64,000 nt of DNA from Eledone cirrhosa (lineage: Eukaryota). Made by a program: the position numbers and the translations under genes. Of the stretch, positions 1 to 13,169 are shown piece after piece. Under the pieces are notes generated by a model. That model was not told where the DNA came from, ran no database searches, and worked only from the letters and a program-made list of their open reading frames with translations. How positions within the stretch are numbered: position 1 is the first letter of the stretch; each line of letters starts with the position of its first letter. The stretch covers positions 19,592,001 to 19,656,000 of the forward strand of contig OZ024743.1 of the NCBI GenBank assembly GCA_964016885.1, read 5' to 3'.

Positions 1-770
1 TGTGCATCTTGGATATGTGGAGCGTTTCTATTATACTAAAAGTAATCCTTGTAATATATGTACAGTTCCTAGTAGTGCTATGTGTTTAATGTTGTGTATA
101 GTTGTAAGTCTTGGGGCTTTGGTAACGTATATGCCTGTGTGTTTTTTTATCATTCCATGGTTTTTGATTTCATTATCCACTTTCAGGTTGTTTCTATCTC
201 TGTTTAGATAGTTTCCCAATTTCCTTGTTAACAATTAGCAAACATTTCCTTTTTTAAGTGTACTTTGACAATAATATTCCATCGGATGGCTTTGATCTCT
301 CTGTCTGTACATTGCAATGCATGATTGTTTTGTCATTCTCTGACAACTTTTCTCCATCTTTTTTTTCTGATGATATTTTGTAGAGTTGGCATAACTTCCA
401 GTGTATATACATCCCAACTCTATCATCTCTGGATATATAAGTTTTTGACTAGGACTGGGTAGCCAGAGATAATGTGGTTAATTGTTTCTCTCCCATCTCC
501 ACATATTCTGCAGTTACTTACCATGTTCTACTTCAACGTGTATTACAGGTGGTTTCTGGTGGGGAGAATTGATCTTGTGCTGCAATCAGAAATCCTTCAG
601 TCTTCGATTTTAGTCAAATGCTTCGTAATTATTATTTTTGCTGCTGTTCGCATTGTGTTTATAGCTATTTACATATTTGATTATTTTTGGATAATTTTTG
701 TATGTTTCCTTTTAAGGCCAAATAATCTGTTGTCATTGATAAAAATATCCAGTTGATTAACCTTGATTTT
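1..770 (-). mobile_element. Decayed R4/Dong-like non-LTR retrotransposon fragment (Zn knuckle + restriction-like endonuclease)
   Basis: Minus-strand frames give CRICG..ETINHIISG.PVL, HDRVGMYIHWKLCK and a C-terminal IKHIALLGTVHIL, typical of RLE-type elements. Multiple stops and frameshifts. Confidence 0.7.
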
Positions 771-771
771 T

Positions 772-841
772 CTATTATCATCATCATCATAATAATCAGT
801 AGTATTATTATTATTATTATTAGTAGTAGTAGTAGTAGTAT

Positions 842-898
<57 letters not shown>

Positions 899-925
899 AG
901 GTGGTGGTGTTAGTGGTGGTGGTAT
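772..925. repeat. Compound trinucleotide microsatellite (TCA/TAT/TAG/TGG)
   Basis: Directly visible; explains the poly-T/S/N ORFs. Confidence 0.95.
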
Positions 926-1386
926 TAAACTTAAATATAGAGGCAGAATAATATACTTCCATTAGGATATAATTGATAATCAGCTGAAGCAGATATAGAA
1001 CAGTAATGCGTATTTGTATGTATATCTTCCGAAAGAAACTATACTGTTTGTATAATACGTATCGTCCGCATACATGCCGAGTTCCACTAGGTCGGTGATT
1101 GATTGTTTGTTCAACTGGATACTGGAAAAATCTTCGTTCATAGGGCGTGAATCTACCGAACGTAAATTTACCAATAGAGAATTTGAGCGGATCTCCACAT
1201 GTCATCGAAATACACGTGACTTTTACCCAAAAGCGAATTATTCTTGAAAGTGCTGTCGCTGCTTAAATCGATCTGTTGTAGCACACTTTATCAATTACAG
1301 CTAGATTTCCTGTTGAAGTTTATATTCTCTTGGAATAAATACAGTGTTAATAGATACATATGATCTACCATTAATTATACTCGACT

Positions 1387-1500
1387 CTGAGTTCAAATCC
1401 CGCCGAGGTTAACTTTGCCTTTCATCCTTACGGGGTCGATAAAATAAAGTACCAGTAATACACTGGGATAATTACTGGCCTTGTGCCTAAAGTAGAAACA
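1387..1500 (+). mobile_element. 5'-truncated tRNA-derived SINE with 17-bp target site duplication
   Basis: B-box GTTCAAATCC and core GCCTTTCATCCTTACGGGGTCGATAAAATAAAGTACCAG. ATTAATTATACTCGACT is repeated at 1370-1386 and 1501-1517. Confidence 0.85.
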
Positions 1501-1615
1501 ATTAATTATACTCGACTATCCTAGGATATGGCAGAAAATTACGTAAACATATATATATAGCATTGACCATTACATAGAATAAGCAACGTAACACTATACA
1601 TCTTTGTTATATTAA

Positions 1616-1703
<88 letters not shown>

Positions 1704-2034
1704 TGTGTGTGTGTGTGTGTGTATATAAACGTTTGTATTTGTAAAGCCAAAATAATGCAGGTATGGATATGTTGACAATTAGTCTTTTAAATAGCTTGCC
1801 AAGTCATGCAAGCTATTTAGAACGCTGGTTTAACCACTTTACTTCCCTCCGAAGAAGAGATATTATCTCGAAAATTAAGGATATTTAAATAAATTTAAGG
1901 TAAAAGACTAATTGACAACATTATCTTTTACATTTGCATTTATATTCTATATCCATACCTGCATTGTTTTGGCTTTACAAATACAAACGCTTATACCTCA
2001 TTACACAATGCTTCAAGTGAACTATAACTTCCTC

Positions 2035-2092
<58 letters not shown>

Positions 2093-2539
2093 CAAACTAC
2101 TAGCAACAATACAAAGCAAAGTGGTACAGTACAATGAAGAAATATATTATTAGTTTAGTTTTACGCATGATATAGTAGTAAAAGAGATTTAACATTTCGG
2201 ACGCCGCTCGTGCTTCATCAGAACAGAGAAATGAAAGAAGTAATACGAACATTGAAGTGACCGGAGTAGCGGAAGCGAAGACATTTTTTTTTAGAGAAAA
2301 TGATATACATATATATATATATGTGTGTGGTGTGTGTGCATGTGTATGTGTGTGTGTGTGAATTAGCATGTGTGTGTTTTTTTGAGCGTGTGTGGAAGTA
2401 TGTGGGTGTGTGTGTGTGTATGTGTGTGTGTGTGTGTGTGTGTGATGCTATTTATTAAGGCCATTAAGGAAATTATTTCACTAAGTACTTCATACGTAAT
2501 GAAAGTAGTATGCAGATATTATACTAGGGACTCTAGTGC

Positions 2540-2617
<78 letters not shown>

Positions 2618-3227
2618 TATATACATATACATATATGTGTGTGTAGAGAGAGAGAGAGAGGTGGAGAAAGACAGAGGATGGGAGAGAGATTGGGGAACGG
2701 AGGGAAAGAGATTGTGGATTCGGACATGTGTAAAATTCAATTAAGTGGAAAATTACTGAATAATCCAAGGAATAAAATAAAGCTATTCATTGGTGAGTCT
2801 GTGTGAATCTATTCTAGGAGCTTCTACTTATTGATTACACCAAGAACAGAGAACAAAAAGTTCTCAGTAGGGATTCACATGAACATAGGTTTTATACACA
2901 TACAAGATAACTCAGTCAGCTAAGATATACTTCAGAATTTCAATAACAAAACTCCATTCAGATAATGTTCTGACAATAAAAAGAGCTGCTGAAGTCTAGG
3001 CTGATCCACATTTTTTGAGGAAATTTAAAAATATTGAATCTTACCCTTTCCTTTCGCCAAATTTACTTATGAAGGTGTGTTTGAGGGCTCTTCCCTCAAG
3101 AACCTTTCAAGAAGAAGAAGAAGAAGATATATGTATACAGAGAGACAGAAATGTGTGTGTATGTAAGTGTGTTTAGGAACATTAAATACATATGTATGTG
3201 TGTGTGTGTGTGCGTCTGTGTGTGTGC

Positions 3228-3315
<88 letters not shown>

Positions 3316-3539
3316 ATAGAGAGGCCGATATTCTCAAATAGCAATTGTCATCATTACTGATTATACCCGTTACTGGTTGTTTGATCATGCTAAAAGTTCC
3401 CCCCTGTCTTATATAAATAAATGCATAATTAAGCAGTAGAATTATTATTGATGACATATGTGTATTAAAAATATACAAATGAGAAATTTGTTTTAGTTAA
3501 CTTTATTTTGAGTTGAATATTCTTATGAATTCATTTCAT

Positions 3540-3730
3540 TGTGGATTGGCAGTATCGGTAGAGGGTCGGACGTCATGCTTTGACGCATAGAGTTACAGCC
3601 CTTATCATTCTGAGTTCAAATCCCGCTGAGGTTAACTTTGCCTTTCATCCTTACGGAGTCGATAAAATAAAGTACCAGTAATGTACTGGTTAATTGCTGG
3701 CCTTGTGCCAAAAGTAGAAACAATTAATTT
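3540..3730 (+). mobile_element. tRNA-derived SINE (same family)
   Basis: A-box-like TGGCAGTATCGG, B-box GTTCAAATCC, same core and CCTTGTGCC..AGTAGAAACAATT tail. Confidence 0.85.
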
Positions 3731-5438
3731 GTATAATACCCATGACACTTTAAATAGAAAAATTATAATTATTATATATTTGTGACATCTGTCATTACAC
3801 ATTTTGTAAGTATCGTATTCACAATATTACAAGACTCTGGCTTATATGTCACATACTTTACTATTTTAAAATGTTATTTTAAAAACTATTTTTAAAGTTA
3901 ATAGAAAAAATATTACTCTGATGAGAGGAGGTAGTAATCAATGCCTATATTAATTACAAAGTATTGAATGCCTGCATTAAAATATTCCAGAGGGACATAA
4001 ATTTTATTACACTGGAGAACAAAAAAATGTTTTTGTCACACTAATGTCAATTACCTGATTCTTACAGTATATTTGGCGCTTAATCCAAATTAGTTTATAA
4101 CATTTTAGAATCAGGTAAGATTTGTGTGTGACATACCAGTAAATATTTGTTGATACAAATAGTTCCACTTTTAATAAAGGAAGATCTAAAAGATATATTT
4201 TTAGTTGAAACAAGATTGCTTTGATTATTGTCAGTAATTTCCTCGGAAATGTTTCACGTAAGAATCCAGTAGTATTGAGTAAGCATACTCGAGCGCCAGT
4301 TGACTTGGTAATGCGTTTCCAGAGTACACATATCTTGATAAATAAGACTACATTTTTCTTTGATTATCATACAAACGCCTTTCTGTCAGTAATCAAAGTT
4401 TATGTCGTAAGAATGTCACGTACGACTGCAGAATAGTTTCCGCTTCGATTTCTTAAACAGGCAGCACAGACAATTTTGGAACTTTTTCATGCAGCTTCCT
4501 CAACTTCCTTCAATTCTCCTTCAAACCTCTCATCTTTTAACACATCTCTGTTGTGAATATCTACATAAACACCAGTTTTAATCATGGCTTCACTGGTTGT
4601 AGTGTATTATCTATTATTAATCTATTCCTTCATCAAAGGATTTCACCACATAACAGTGGTCTCTACGAAGATTACTCCACTGTGCCTACTTTCCATTCTG
4701 TATCCAGAATTGATATGTATTTAAGGATCTGTGTATAAGTGCTTGTAGCTATTGTATGTGTGTGGCAGTTGTATGTATATTGTCAGTGTGGTGACAGCGC
4801 TGTGTGTATTTGAGTTTGTCATCGTCCGAACATTGTATGTGTGTGTGTATATACGTTTGTGTGAGTGGATATACATTTGTTGCTATTGGTGTTTCCTGCT
4901 TTAATGACCTGTCGCCTGGTTAGATAACATTAGCATACACTGAAGCTCTCACACGCAAGCAACACATGCACACGCAGGCACGCTTACACGGACATATACT
5001 CATATACATTCTTGTGCAAATGAATTTATAAAGAAATGTGTGTGTGAGCTCGAGCGTATATATATGTATATGTGTAGATGCAGGACAAGCACTCACTCAG
5101 TCGTGTACAAACCAATAATTGAACATACAGAAGTAAATTAAAGTTAGGTGCAAGGCCAGCAATGTGGGGGATGAGAAATTCACTGGTACATGATTCCACC
5201 GACTTCAACAGGAGAGAAGTAAAAGTTGAATTTAAGGAATTCGAGCTAGGAAAGCAAACAGCCAGAAGAAATTCTGCTAATCCATCGAATAGGGATACCG
5301 GGTAAAGAACTGATTTTCCATGAAAAATAGAATAAATCAAGACAAATAATAAACAATGACTCCAAACTTATTTTATACATATGATAAAACAATGAAACAA
5401 TAGGCACCACATACTATAAATGTCATAATGAATAAACA

Positions 5439-5990
5439 TACGAGGTCTCTCGAAAAGGTAGCAGGCTTTGCCTAGGAAATAGAATTACGTAGTTGATGGG
5501 GTTCAATTGCTAATTCCTTTCAATGTAGGCCCGCTTCCGCTTGCATACTAATCACCCACTGATCCTTTTACTGCTTGAAGCACGTCTGTGATGTTTCTTC
5601 CGGAATAGCACACAGCTTCCTTATCATAGGCTTCTCGCGGCATTCAAAACGGGGCCATTTAGGATGGGGCAACACAATGTCAGATGGATTCATGGTTAAA
5701 GTGTAAGGAGCCTTGTGAATGAGGCAAACGCCATTCTTTGCCACGAAATCTTGGATTGGCTGCTATGACGAAATTTGCAGTTTTGCAAGAATTCATTTAT
5801 CTTATGCCAAAGTAGATCAATGGCATTCATTTATGGCCCTCTGTACTACCCTTGAAAAGTTTTTTGGAACTCTAAAATGGGGAATACTGCCACTGTATTG
5901 AAAGAGCTATATATCTGGATATATACCGTACACCCACGTCTCACAACCTTTTATGACGGCATTTATAAATTCATGAGCTTTTTTCGCAGT
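5439..5990 (-). mobile_element. Decayed mariner-like DNA transposon remnant
   Basis: TA-CGAGG terminus. The minus strand gives IPEETSQTCFKQ*KDQW, resembling the mariner transposase C-terminus. Confidence 0.5.
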
Positions 5991-6251
5991 ATCTAACAAA
6001 CAGAAAATTCGCCGATAGTCTAACAATAACTGATGCATCCAGTGGGCTCACCAAAACTACACATACACAAGAATGTATGCGACTCAACACGGTACATTTT
6101 GTTTCCCTCACATTACATCCACAGAATAAATAAAACCGGATAAATTTTCGATAGATCTCACACATATATGTAGTTGTATGGTTAATGCATTTTATTCTAT
6201 AATGTTTATTTATTTATATACTCCTTTATTACAAAATCAATGTGAGTGGCC

Positions 6252-6623
6252 TACGACGACGACCACAACGACGACGGCGACGACAACGACCTCGACGACG
6301 AAGAAGAAGAAGAAGAAGAAGAAGAAGAAGAAGAAGAAGACAACGGCGACGACGACGACAAAGAAGAAGAAGAAGAAGAAGAAGAAGAAGAAGACGAAGA
6401 AGAAGAAGAAGAAGAAGAAGAAGAAGAAGAAGAAGAAGAAGAAGAAGAAGAAGAAGAAGAAGAAGAAGAAGAAGAAGAAGAAGAAGAAGAAGACGACGAC
6501 GACGACGACGACGACGAAGAAGAAGAAGAAGAAGAAGAAGAAGAAGAAGAAGAAGAAGAAGAAGAAGACGACGACGACGACGACGACGAAGAAGAAGAAG
6601 AAGAAGAAGAAGAAGAAGAAGAA

Positions 6624-6661
<38 letters not shown>

Positions 6662-6810
6662 AGAAGAAGAAGAAGAAGAAGAAGAAGAAGAAGAAGAAGA
6701 AGAAGAAGAAGAAGAAGAAGAAGAAGAAGAAGAAGAAGAAGAAGAAGAAGAAGACGACGACGACGACGACGAAGAAGAAGAAGAAGAAGAAGAAGAAGAA
6801 GAAGAAGAAG
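6252..6810. repeat. Compound (GAA)n/(GAC)n microsatellite, ~560 bp
   Basis: Directly visible. Confidence 0.97.
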
Positions 6811-7300
6811 ATTGGAATTACGAATATCATAATGATTAGAAATGGACTTGATGAAAAGTGTCGATTCTGTGATGAGCATGTTGAGGCCATAGACCACGGG
6901 GTTTCAGGTTGCAATGTATTAGCTGCCCTGGAATATAAAACAAGTCATTATAGAGTGGGGCAATACATACACTGGGTAATATGCAGGTTGTATGGTCTGA
7001 AAACTGAAGGAAATGGTACAGTCATCACTCAGATGCAGTAAGAGGAGCCAGAATGCAATATTTCTCTAGAATTTCCCCATGAACACTGACCAAACAATCA
7101 AGGTCAACAGACCTGATATAATTGTGAAAGACCATAAAGAGAAAACATCTCTTAATTGACATGAACATTACATCAGATTGTAATATATAGAAAGTGTTCG
7201 GAAAACTATGTAAGTATACAGATCTATCAATTGAAATTGGGAAATGTGGCATTTAAAGCCTGTACTATACTAATGATAGTCGGTGTACTTGGAATGTTGT
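6811..7300 (+). mobile_element. Decayed R4/Dong-like retrotransposon fragment (CCHC + RLE)
   Basis: KCRFCDEHVEAIDHGVSGCNVLA..YRVGQYIHW, TDQTIKVNRPDIIVKD and KYTDLSIEI motifs across frames. Confidence 0.8.
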
Positions 7301-7449
7301 TTGTGCCCGTGTGGTATCATTTGTTTGACAAATTGATTGTAAAATGTGTGTATTATCAAATGTTGCCTCACGTGCCACTCGGTGTAATTTGGAAAGAATC
7401 AAAACTCAAAGGAAGTTTCAAATCCAAATAATAATGATAATAATATCTA

Positions 7450-8880
7450 AAAAATACTTTGCAGTAATTCAGGGAATAAATGTCTTTTGATATTTACGAA
7501 AATCACATTAAACATTCACCAAATATTTTTTGAAAAAATATTTAACGAAAATTTCATCATAAATTTTCCGCAAAGTTTCATTGAAGCTTTCAACAAAATA
7601 TTCCCGAATTCAATACAAAGTTTCTTTAGATATTTTAACATTAATAAAATGTTCGTAAAGATTGAAGAACAGAACGGAACAAAATTAATTTATACTAGTT
7701 TTGTGGAGTTCTCATATTAAATTAGTACAACTTTCCCTAAACATTTCTGAAAAGAGTTTCTAAATTTTTCCCAAAATGTTCATAACAACTTCAAGTTCCA
7801 TCAAAAGTTTCCACCAACATTCTCCAGAATTCTCATTATGGTTTTATCATAGTTTTTTATCAAACTTTTTCTCCAAAATTTAATTAAATATTTTCTTACA
7901 AAATTCATTATAATTTTACCTCAACTCGCTTCAAACATTCCCTCCAATTAACTCTGATATTTTCTCCGTAAATTTCATCAAGAGTTTCATTGACGCTTTC
8001 AACAAAACATTTTACCAAAAATAGTGCAAGTCTTTTTTTAATATATATATATAATATTTTGCTAAAGTTTCGTAAAGATTTTCGTAAATATTGAAAACAA
8101 AGGAAATAAGTATAAATAATCATTATTTTGTTGGGAGCTTGCATTTAAATTAATACATATAGCTCCAAATTTTCAGTAAAGGTTTACATAAAAGTTTCTA
8201 AAAGGATTTTCTGAAATTTTCTGCAAGTTTTAATAAAAACTTTCACCAAAACTTTCTCGCATATTTTCTCGGAATGTTTTCCATTCTTTTCATTAAAGTT
8301 TCATCAAAATTATTTAAATGTTTCTCCAAAAATTTCGTGAAATAATTTTCACAAGAACTTTTACGGAATTCATTAGAAGTTTCCCTCACTTTACATCAAA
8401 CATACCGATGAATATTTTATGAAAGTTTTTCCCGAAAGTTTCATCATAAATATAAAATCTCTTATAATTTAATTAAACATGCCCCCAAATAATTTACCAA
8501 ATCTTTTTCCCGAATATTTCATCATAACGTTTCCCCAAAGTGTTATTGAAGATTACAAAATTACTGCAAAGAGGTTTTTAGAAACTTCTTCAAAAGTTTC
8601 GTAAAGATTTTCATAAGGATTTTTGTAAACATTGAAAAACAGAAAGAAATAAGTTTATTAATCATATTTTTGTCGGCTGCTTATATTTAAATCATTACGG
8701 CTGGTTTCAAATTTTCAGTTAGCTTCAAATTTCTAAAAAGATTTCCTAAAAGTTTCCCAAAATTTCATAAAAACTTTCACCAAAACATTTTCAAAAAGTT
8801 TCTCGAAAATTTCTCAAAATCATTCAAAAAAGTTCTCACTTTGATAACATTTATTTTAAAATTTTTTAATTTTAATTTTA
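7450..8880. repeat. Diverged AT-rich tandem repeat (about 3 units of 420-530 bp built of AAAGTTTC-like subunits)
   Basis: The block TTCGTAAAGATT..TTGAA.AAC recurs near 7650, 8065 and 8595. Confidence 0.6.
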
Positions 8881-9545
8881 GCTAATTTCTGAATGTTTTT
8901 AGTATTTGAGACAACATGGTACAGAAATATTAATTCATTTTCATAAATTTTATGCGACAATCTTTAAATCAATAAGTCACTTTATATTATTTCAACGAAG
9001 TAAGATTTATGCTAAAAACGTAAAACGATACGTGTTAAATATAATAAATTCCCGTATCTAAGATTTAATCTGGCATATCAAACTATAAATCATTGATGTT
9101 CTCCAGACATTTAAGTGATTATTTCAATTTTTACTCATCTGTACTGAGATATCATTAAGAATAATGATACATATATAAAACATAATGCTGTTAGTCATAT
9201 AGGTGATGGTGGCGGTTATGATACCAGAAACACCACCAGCAACTAACTTAAGCAATATAACGAATGTCACCAGCTCTCTCTCAATATTTTACTATTTCTA
9301 TATAGTTTACCCAATCATTCTATTTCACTCTCTCCCTCTTTCTCTCTCTCTATATCTATCTATCTATCTCTCTATCTCTCTGTCTTATCCTCAACACCTC
9401 CACTTTACTATCATCGTCATCAACCTCTCTATTTCTATCAACACAAATCCTATGACTAAGGTTACAAGCGTATTAATATCATGGTGTGTGTCTGCCTATT
9501 TATATATCTATGTATTTATGCATCTCTCGCTTTATGCGCTTTTCC

Positions 9546-9620
<75 letters not shown>

Positions 9621-10479
9621 AAGTATGAAGAGTAACATGGTTGGCTGTACAACAAGGGGCTTTATTTCAGGTATTGACAATTGTTTCATTGATCAGGAGA
9701 GTCTAAAGGTCGCTAATCGCTTGAAGTTGCGTCACACGATCTCTTTCACTATTATTACTCCAAGTCTAACCTGCATAGGAATTACCGCGAACTCGCTGCC
9801 TAGCTATGGATACATCTTGTTGAGTTAAACAAAACCGCACATTAAAACTATCCGCGACGCAGAGTACTCACAACCTCTAACTGGATTACTTATAACGATA
9901 ACTTGTTACCCCATATATATATATATATGTGTGTGTGTATGTGTGGGGTGGGGGGCGTATGTGTATATATGTGTGTGTGTGTGCGTGTGAGTGTATGTGT
10001 GCCCGAGCCTGTTTGTGTGAGAGTATGTATGTGTATATATATATAGCATGTATGAGATAACGAAGTTTCATTTTTATATGTTTATATTCCGCATTGAAAT
10101 GTTAACTGTTTCGCAGATGATAGGCTCGACGTCTTTATCGATATAAAAATGAAGTACCCACTCACATGCATACAATATATAGACAACAATTTTTAACAAT
10201 AAGATTTACTTCCATTGGATTACCAATAGCTACCTAACTTATTTTACCTCAACACCATTTTGATCTCACGTGATTTCATACGAATTAGAGCCAGCCATCT
10301 TATATACTCACATGATGAAAAACGTTGAACGTAGTAAACGTTTATGGCTAATATCGGACATGCTTCCAGCTAAGGTAGTGATCAACTATATCTAGAAAAA
10401 ATTGTAATCTCATATAGTTTCTTTTTCTAATGTTTCTATTGCGTGTTCCTGCCGAGGCCATGATGGAGCACCGCCATGA

Positions 10480-10816
10480 TGTAACACCTTCTATAGCCAG
10501 CCTTCCCTGGTTAACCATTCATGCAAAAGGGAGTTTGTTGCTGCTCTTCTTATTTGTACCTCATCTCTTGCTGTGGATTCCTCCGGGATCATGATCGTTA
10601 AATGTCGAGATGTTTCTTGAAAACATCTACATGCACACAATGTAGATCTTTAAGATGTTTTGGTAGCTTATTAAAGAGTTGGTTCCCTTGAACCTCAAAC
10701 TATTGCTGTATATGATCTTTATTCTCGATTCGAGGAATGAGATATTTGGCACTACACACTGTGGACTGTTCCTGCCTTCAATGCCGAAGATTAATGCTAA
10801 CATTTTCCAGGATCAT
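10480..10816 (-). mobile_element. CR1-like LINE, 3' end of ORF2
   Basis: Minus strand gives WKML, YSNSLRFKG, LFNKLP and VDVFKKHLD. Confidence 0.6.
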
Positions 10817-10896
<80 letters not shown>

Positions 10897-10901
<5 letters not shown>

Positions 10902-11125
10902 AATATAATTTAGCGAGAATCGCATTTCGGCGGGTAGAAATTAGCGAAACGCAACTTCCATATTGTGCTGACAAGCGCTCCATGGTTCTGAAGAAGATAG
11001 CAGAGCTATAAACATAAGTTAAAATGGTCATACACGATGAGACGATGGTTAAGAAGCCATTAACCACCATAGCCAAAAAAGCGAACAAGCTAAACGGGTC
11101 AAACAAAATGAGATATGATTGAAAT
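10897..11125. repeat. Unclassified (TA)n-associated interspersed repeat
   Basis: Co-linear similarity to 22722-22930 (AGCGAGAATCG.ATTTCGGC, AGCGAAAC, AGCGCTCCA, CAAGCTAAAC.GGTCA). Confidence 0.7.
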
Positions 11126-11189
11126 ATTTACCCGGACCCTTCATGGAAGATGGAATACTCCGAAAGTGGGTTTCTGCAACGCCTAAATC

Positions 11190-11380
11190 AATAATTGTTT
11201 CTACTTTAGGCACAAGGCCAGCAATTACCCAGTGTATTACTGGTACTTTATTTTATCGACCCCGTAAGGATGAAAGGCAAAGTTAACCTCGGCGGGATTT
11301 GAACTCATAATGGCAAGGGCCGTAACTCTATACGTCAAAGCATGGCGTCCGACCCTCTACCGATACTCCCAATCCAACGC
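11190..11380 (-). mobile_element. tRNA-derived SINE
   Basis: Reverse complement of the 3540-3730 family. Confidence 0.85.
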
Positions 11381-11734
11381 CTAAATCAATAATACTGTCT
11401 GGTTATAAAAATAAGCTTTTTGTATTAAGACCGAACAAGGCATCGCTTTCTCAGCGGATTTTTGTACTTCTGCCGGCAGACTCTCGCACATGCGAGAATC
11501 TAAAGGGATAAAACCCCTATTTTGGCCAGTGAATTCAGCATGTGTAGTTATTGCAAAATTTTTCAAAAACCGCAAAAAACGAATTACGCTCTCTACCGAG
11601 TTCTTTTAAAAATAAACTTAAGCGAATCAGTCAATAGAATAACTAAAAAGCCAAAAGGAAATTAACTGGTTAATCGCTTGACTTGGGAGATTAATACAAA
11701 TATAATTTATATATATACATATATATCACTGATT

Positions 11735-12580
11735 ATCTCTCTCGTCTCCACATCATGGAGTAAAAGTTTAATTTATTCAACCTCTCCCAGTAGCTCATCT
11801 CTTTCATTGAGCTTCGTTGGATTGTTTCAAGTTATGCAGTTAGTTTGACACTCTGGGGCGACAACAGCTAAGAGCAATAGTCCAGTTGGTTGAGGACATA
11901 AGTCCTCCAAAAGTGCAACATGGTTTCCGGGTCTCTTGTCCTGAATGCCCTTAATCCCCGATTCACCAGTTGTCTGCACATTGCTGTCATTTTGGTGATG
12001 TGTACATGAAACGATGTATCATTCCTGATGTCAATACCCAGGTCCCGTATTGATTTTGAATCTGAGATTTCGATTCCTCCTGTGGTCGTCGTATGTTTGT
12101 GGGTTGATAACGGAGGGTTTGAGACCTACCTGCATTAAATTGCATGTTGTTGCCGTCCACCCATCTGTATATTGCATCTAAATTGTGTTGTAAGAGAATA
12201 GCAACAGACAGTTTCTTGATTGCCTATGTTATCTTCATGTCATCATCAGCGCTTGTGAGGGAGGCAGTCCGTATTACAGAGAGCATTTCTGAGAGAGCCA
12301 CCCCATGCAGTAGTGACCCTAAGACAATTCCCTGGGGCATGCCGCTTGTTATTGACGTTTCCTTTGGGGAGACTATTATTGACTGCATCCATCTGGCTTC
12401 TGTCTTTTACGAAGTCACTAAGCTATTCACCTAGTTTTCCAGCTATGCCAAAACTACAAAGTTTGGGACATATCATTTTCCATGATCAAACTTGTGGAAA
12501 GCCTTCGCAGAGTTGAGATATATCACTTCTACGTTGGAACAGTCTAGCAGCTGTTTATTTATCAAGTCATAATGTATGAA
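11735..12580 (-). mobile_element. CR1/L2-group LINE reverse transcriptase remnant
   Basis: YLNSAKAFHKFDHG (cf. YLDFAKAFDKVDH), SGMPQGIVLG, ADDDMK (cf. FADDTK) and a terminal WRRER. Continues in 10480-10816. Confidence 0.75.
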
Positions 12581-13020
12581 CTGTGTAAGACTAAACTCTA
12601 ATTATCTATCCAACGCAAATAACAACAGGATTAGTATGGTGAAATGACATATGCACACGGGCCATATTTGAGTTAGTCTACCGTTATTTCGTCATCTGTG
12701 TAGTACATATCATAATTCTTAAGTTGTGCTGAGAAAAGAGCAGAGAAAGTAGACATAGTGAGACATATACAGTCAAATACATTACATTCACTCTTCATTT
12801 AAACGTATGACATCATTCCGGAAAATGCTTCCATCTGAATGAATAAAGAACGTATATAAATTTATTTATACGATGTGTATATAAACATATATATATATAT
12901 ATGTGTGTGTGTGTGCGTGCGCGTAGAGAGAGAGAGAAAGAGGGAGAGAGAGAGAAAGGGAGTGATAGATAGAGAGAGATATAAATGTATATATATATAT
13001 ACATATATATATATGTTTGC

Positions 13021-13071
<51 letters not shown>

Positions 13072-13169
13072 TTAGTTAAGCAAAGCAAGACCACACATTT
13101 CACAAGGAAGATATTAAAAGATTGTCAACATATTTTAGTTTGATGTAAGGAATGTAGAGAATAATAATA

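Noticed and set aside
6178-7041. 287-aa poly-K/T ORF and overlapping poly-E/D and poly-R ORFs
   Set aside because: Stop-free trinucleotide microsatellite; only the tail is real retrotransposon-derived coding sequence.
9668-9700. GAAACAATTGTC on the minus strand
   Set aside because: No valid CTGANGA, stem I or stem II found.
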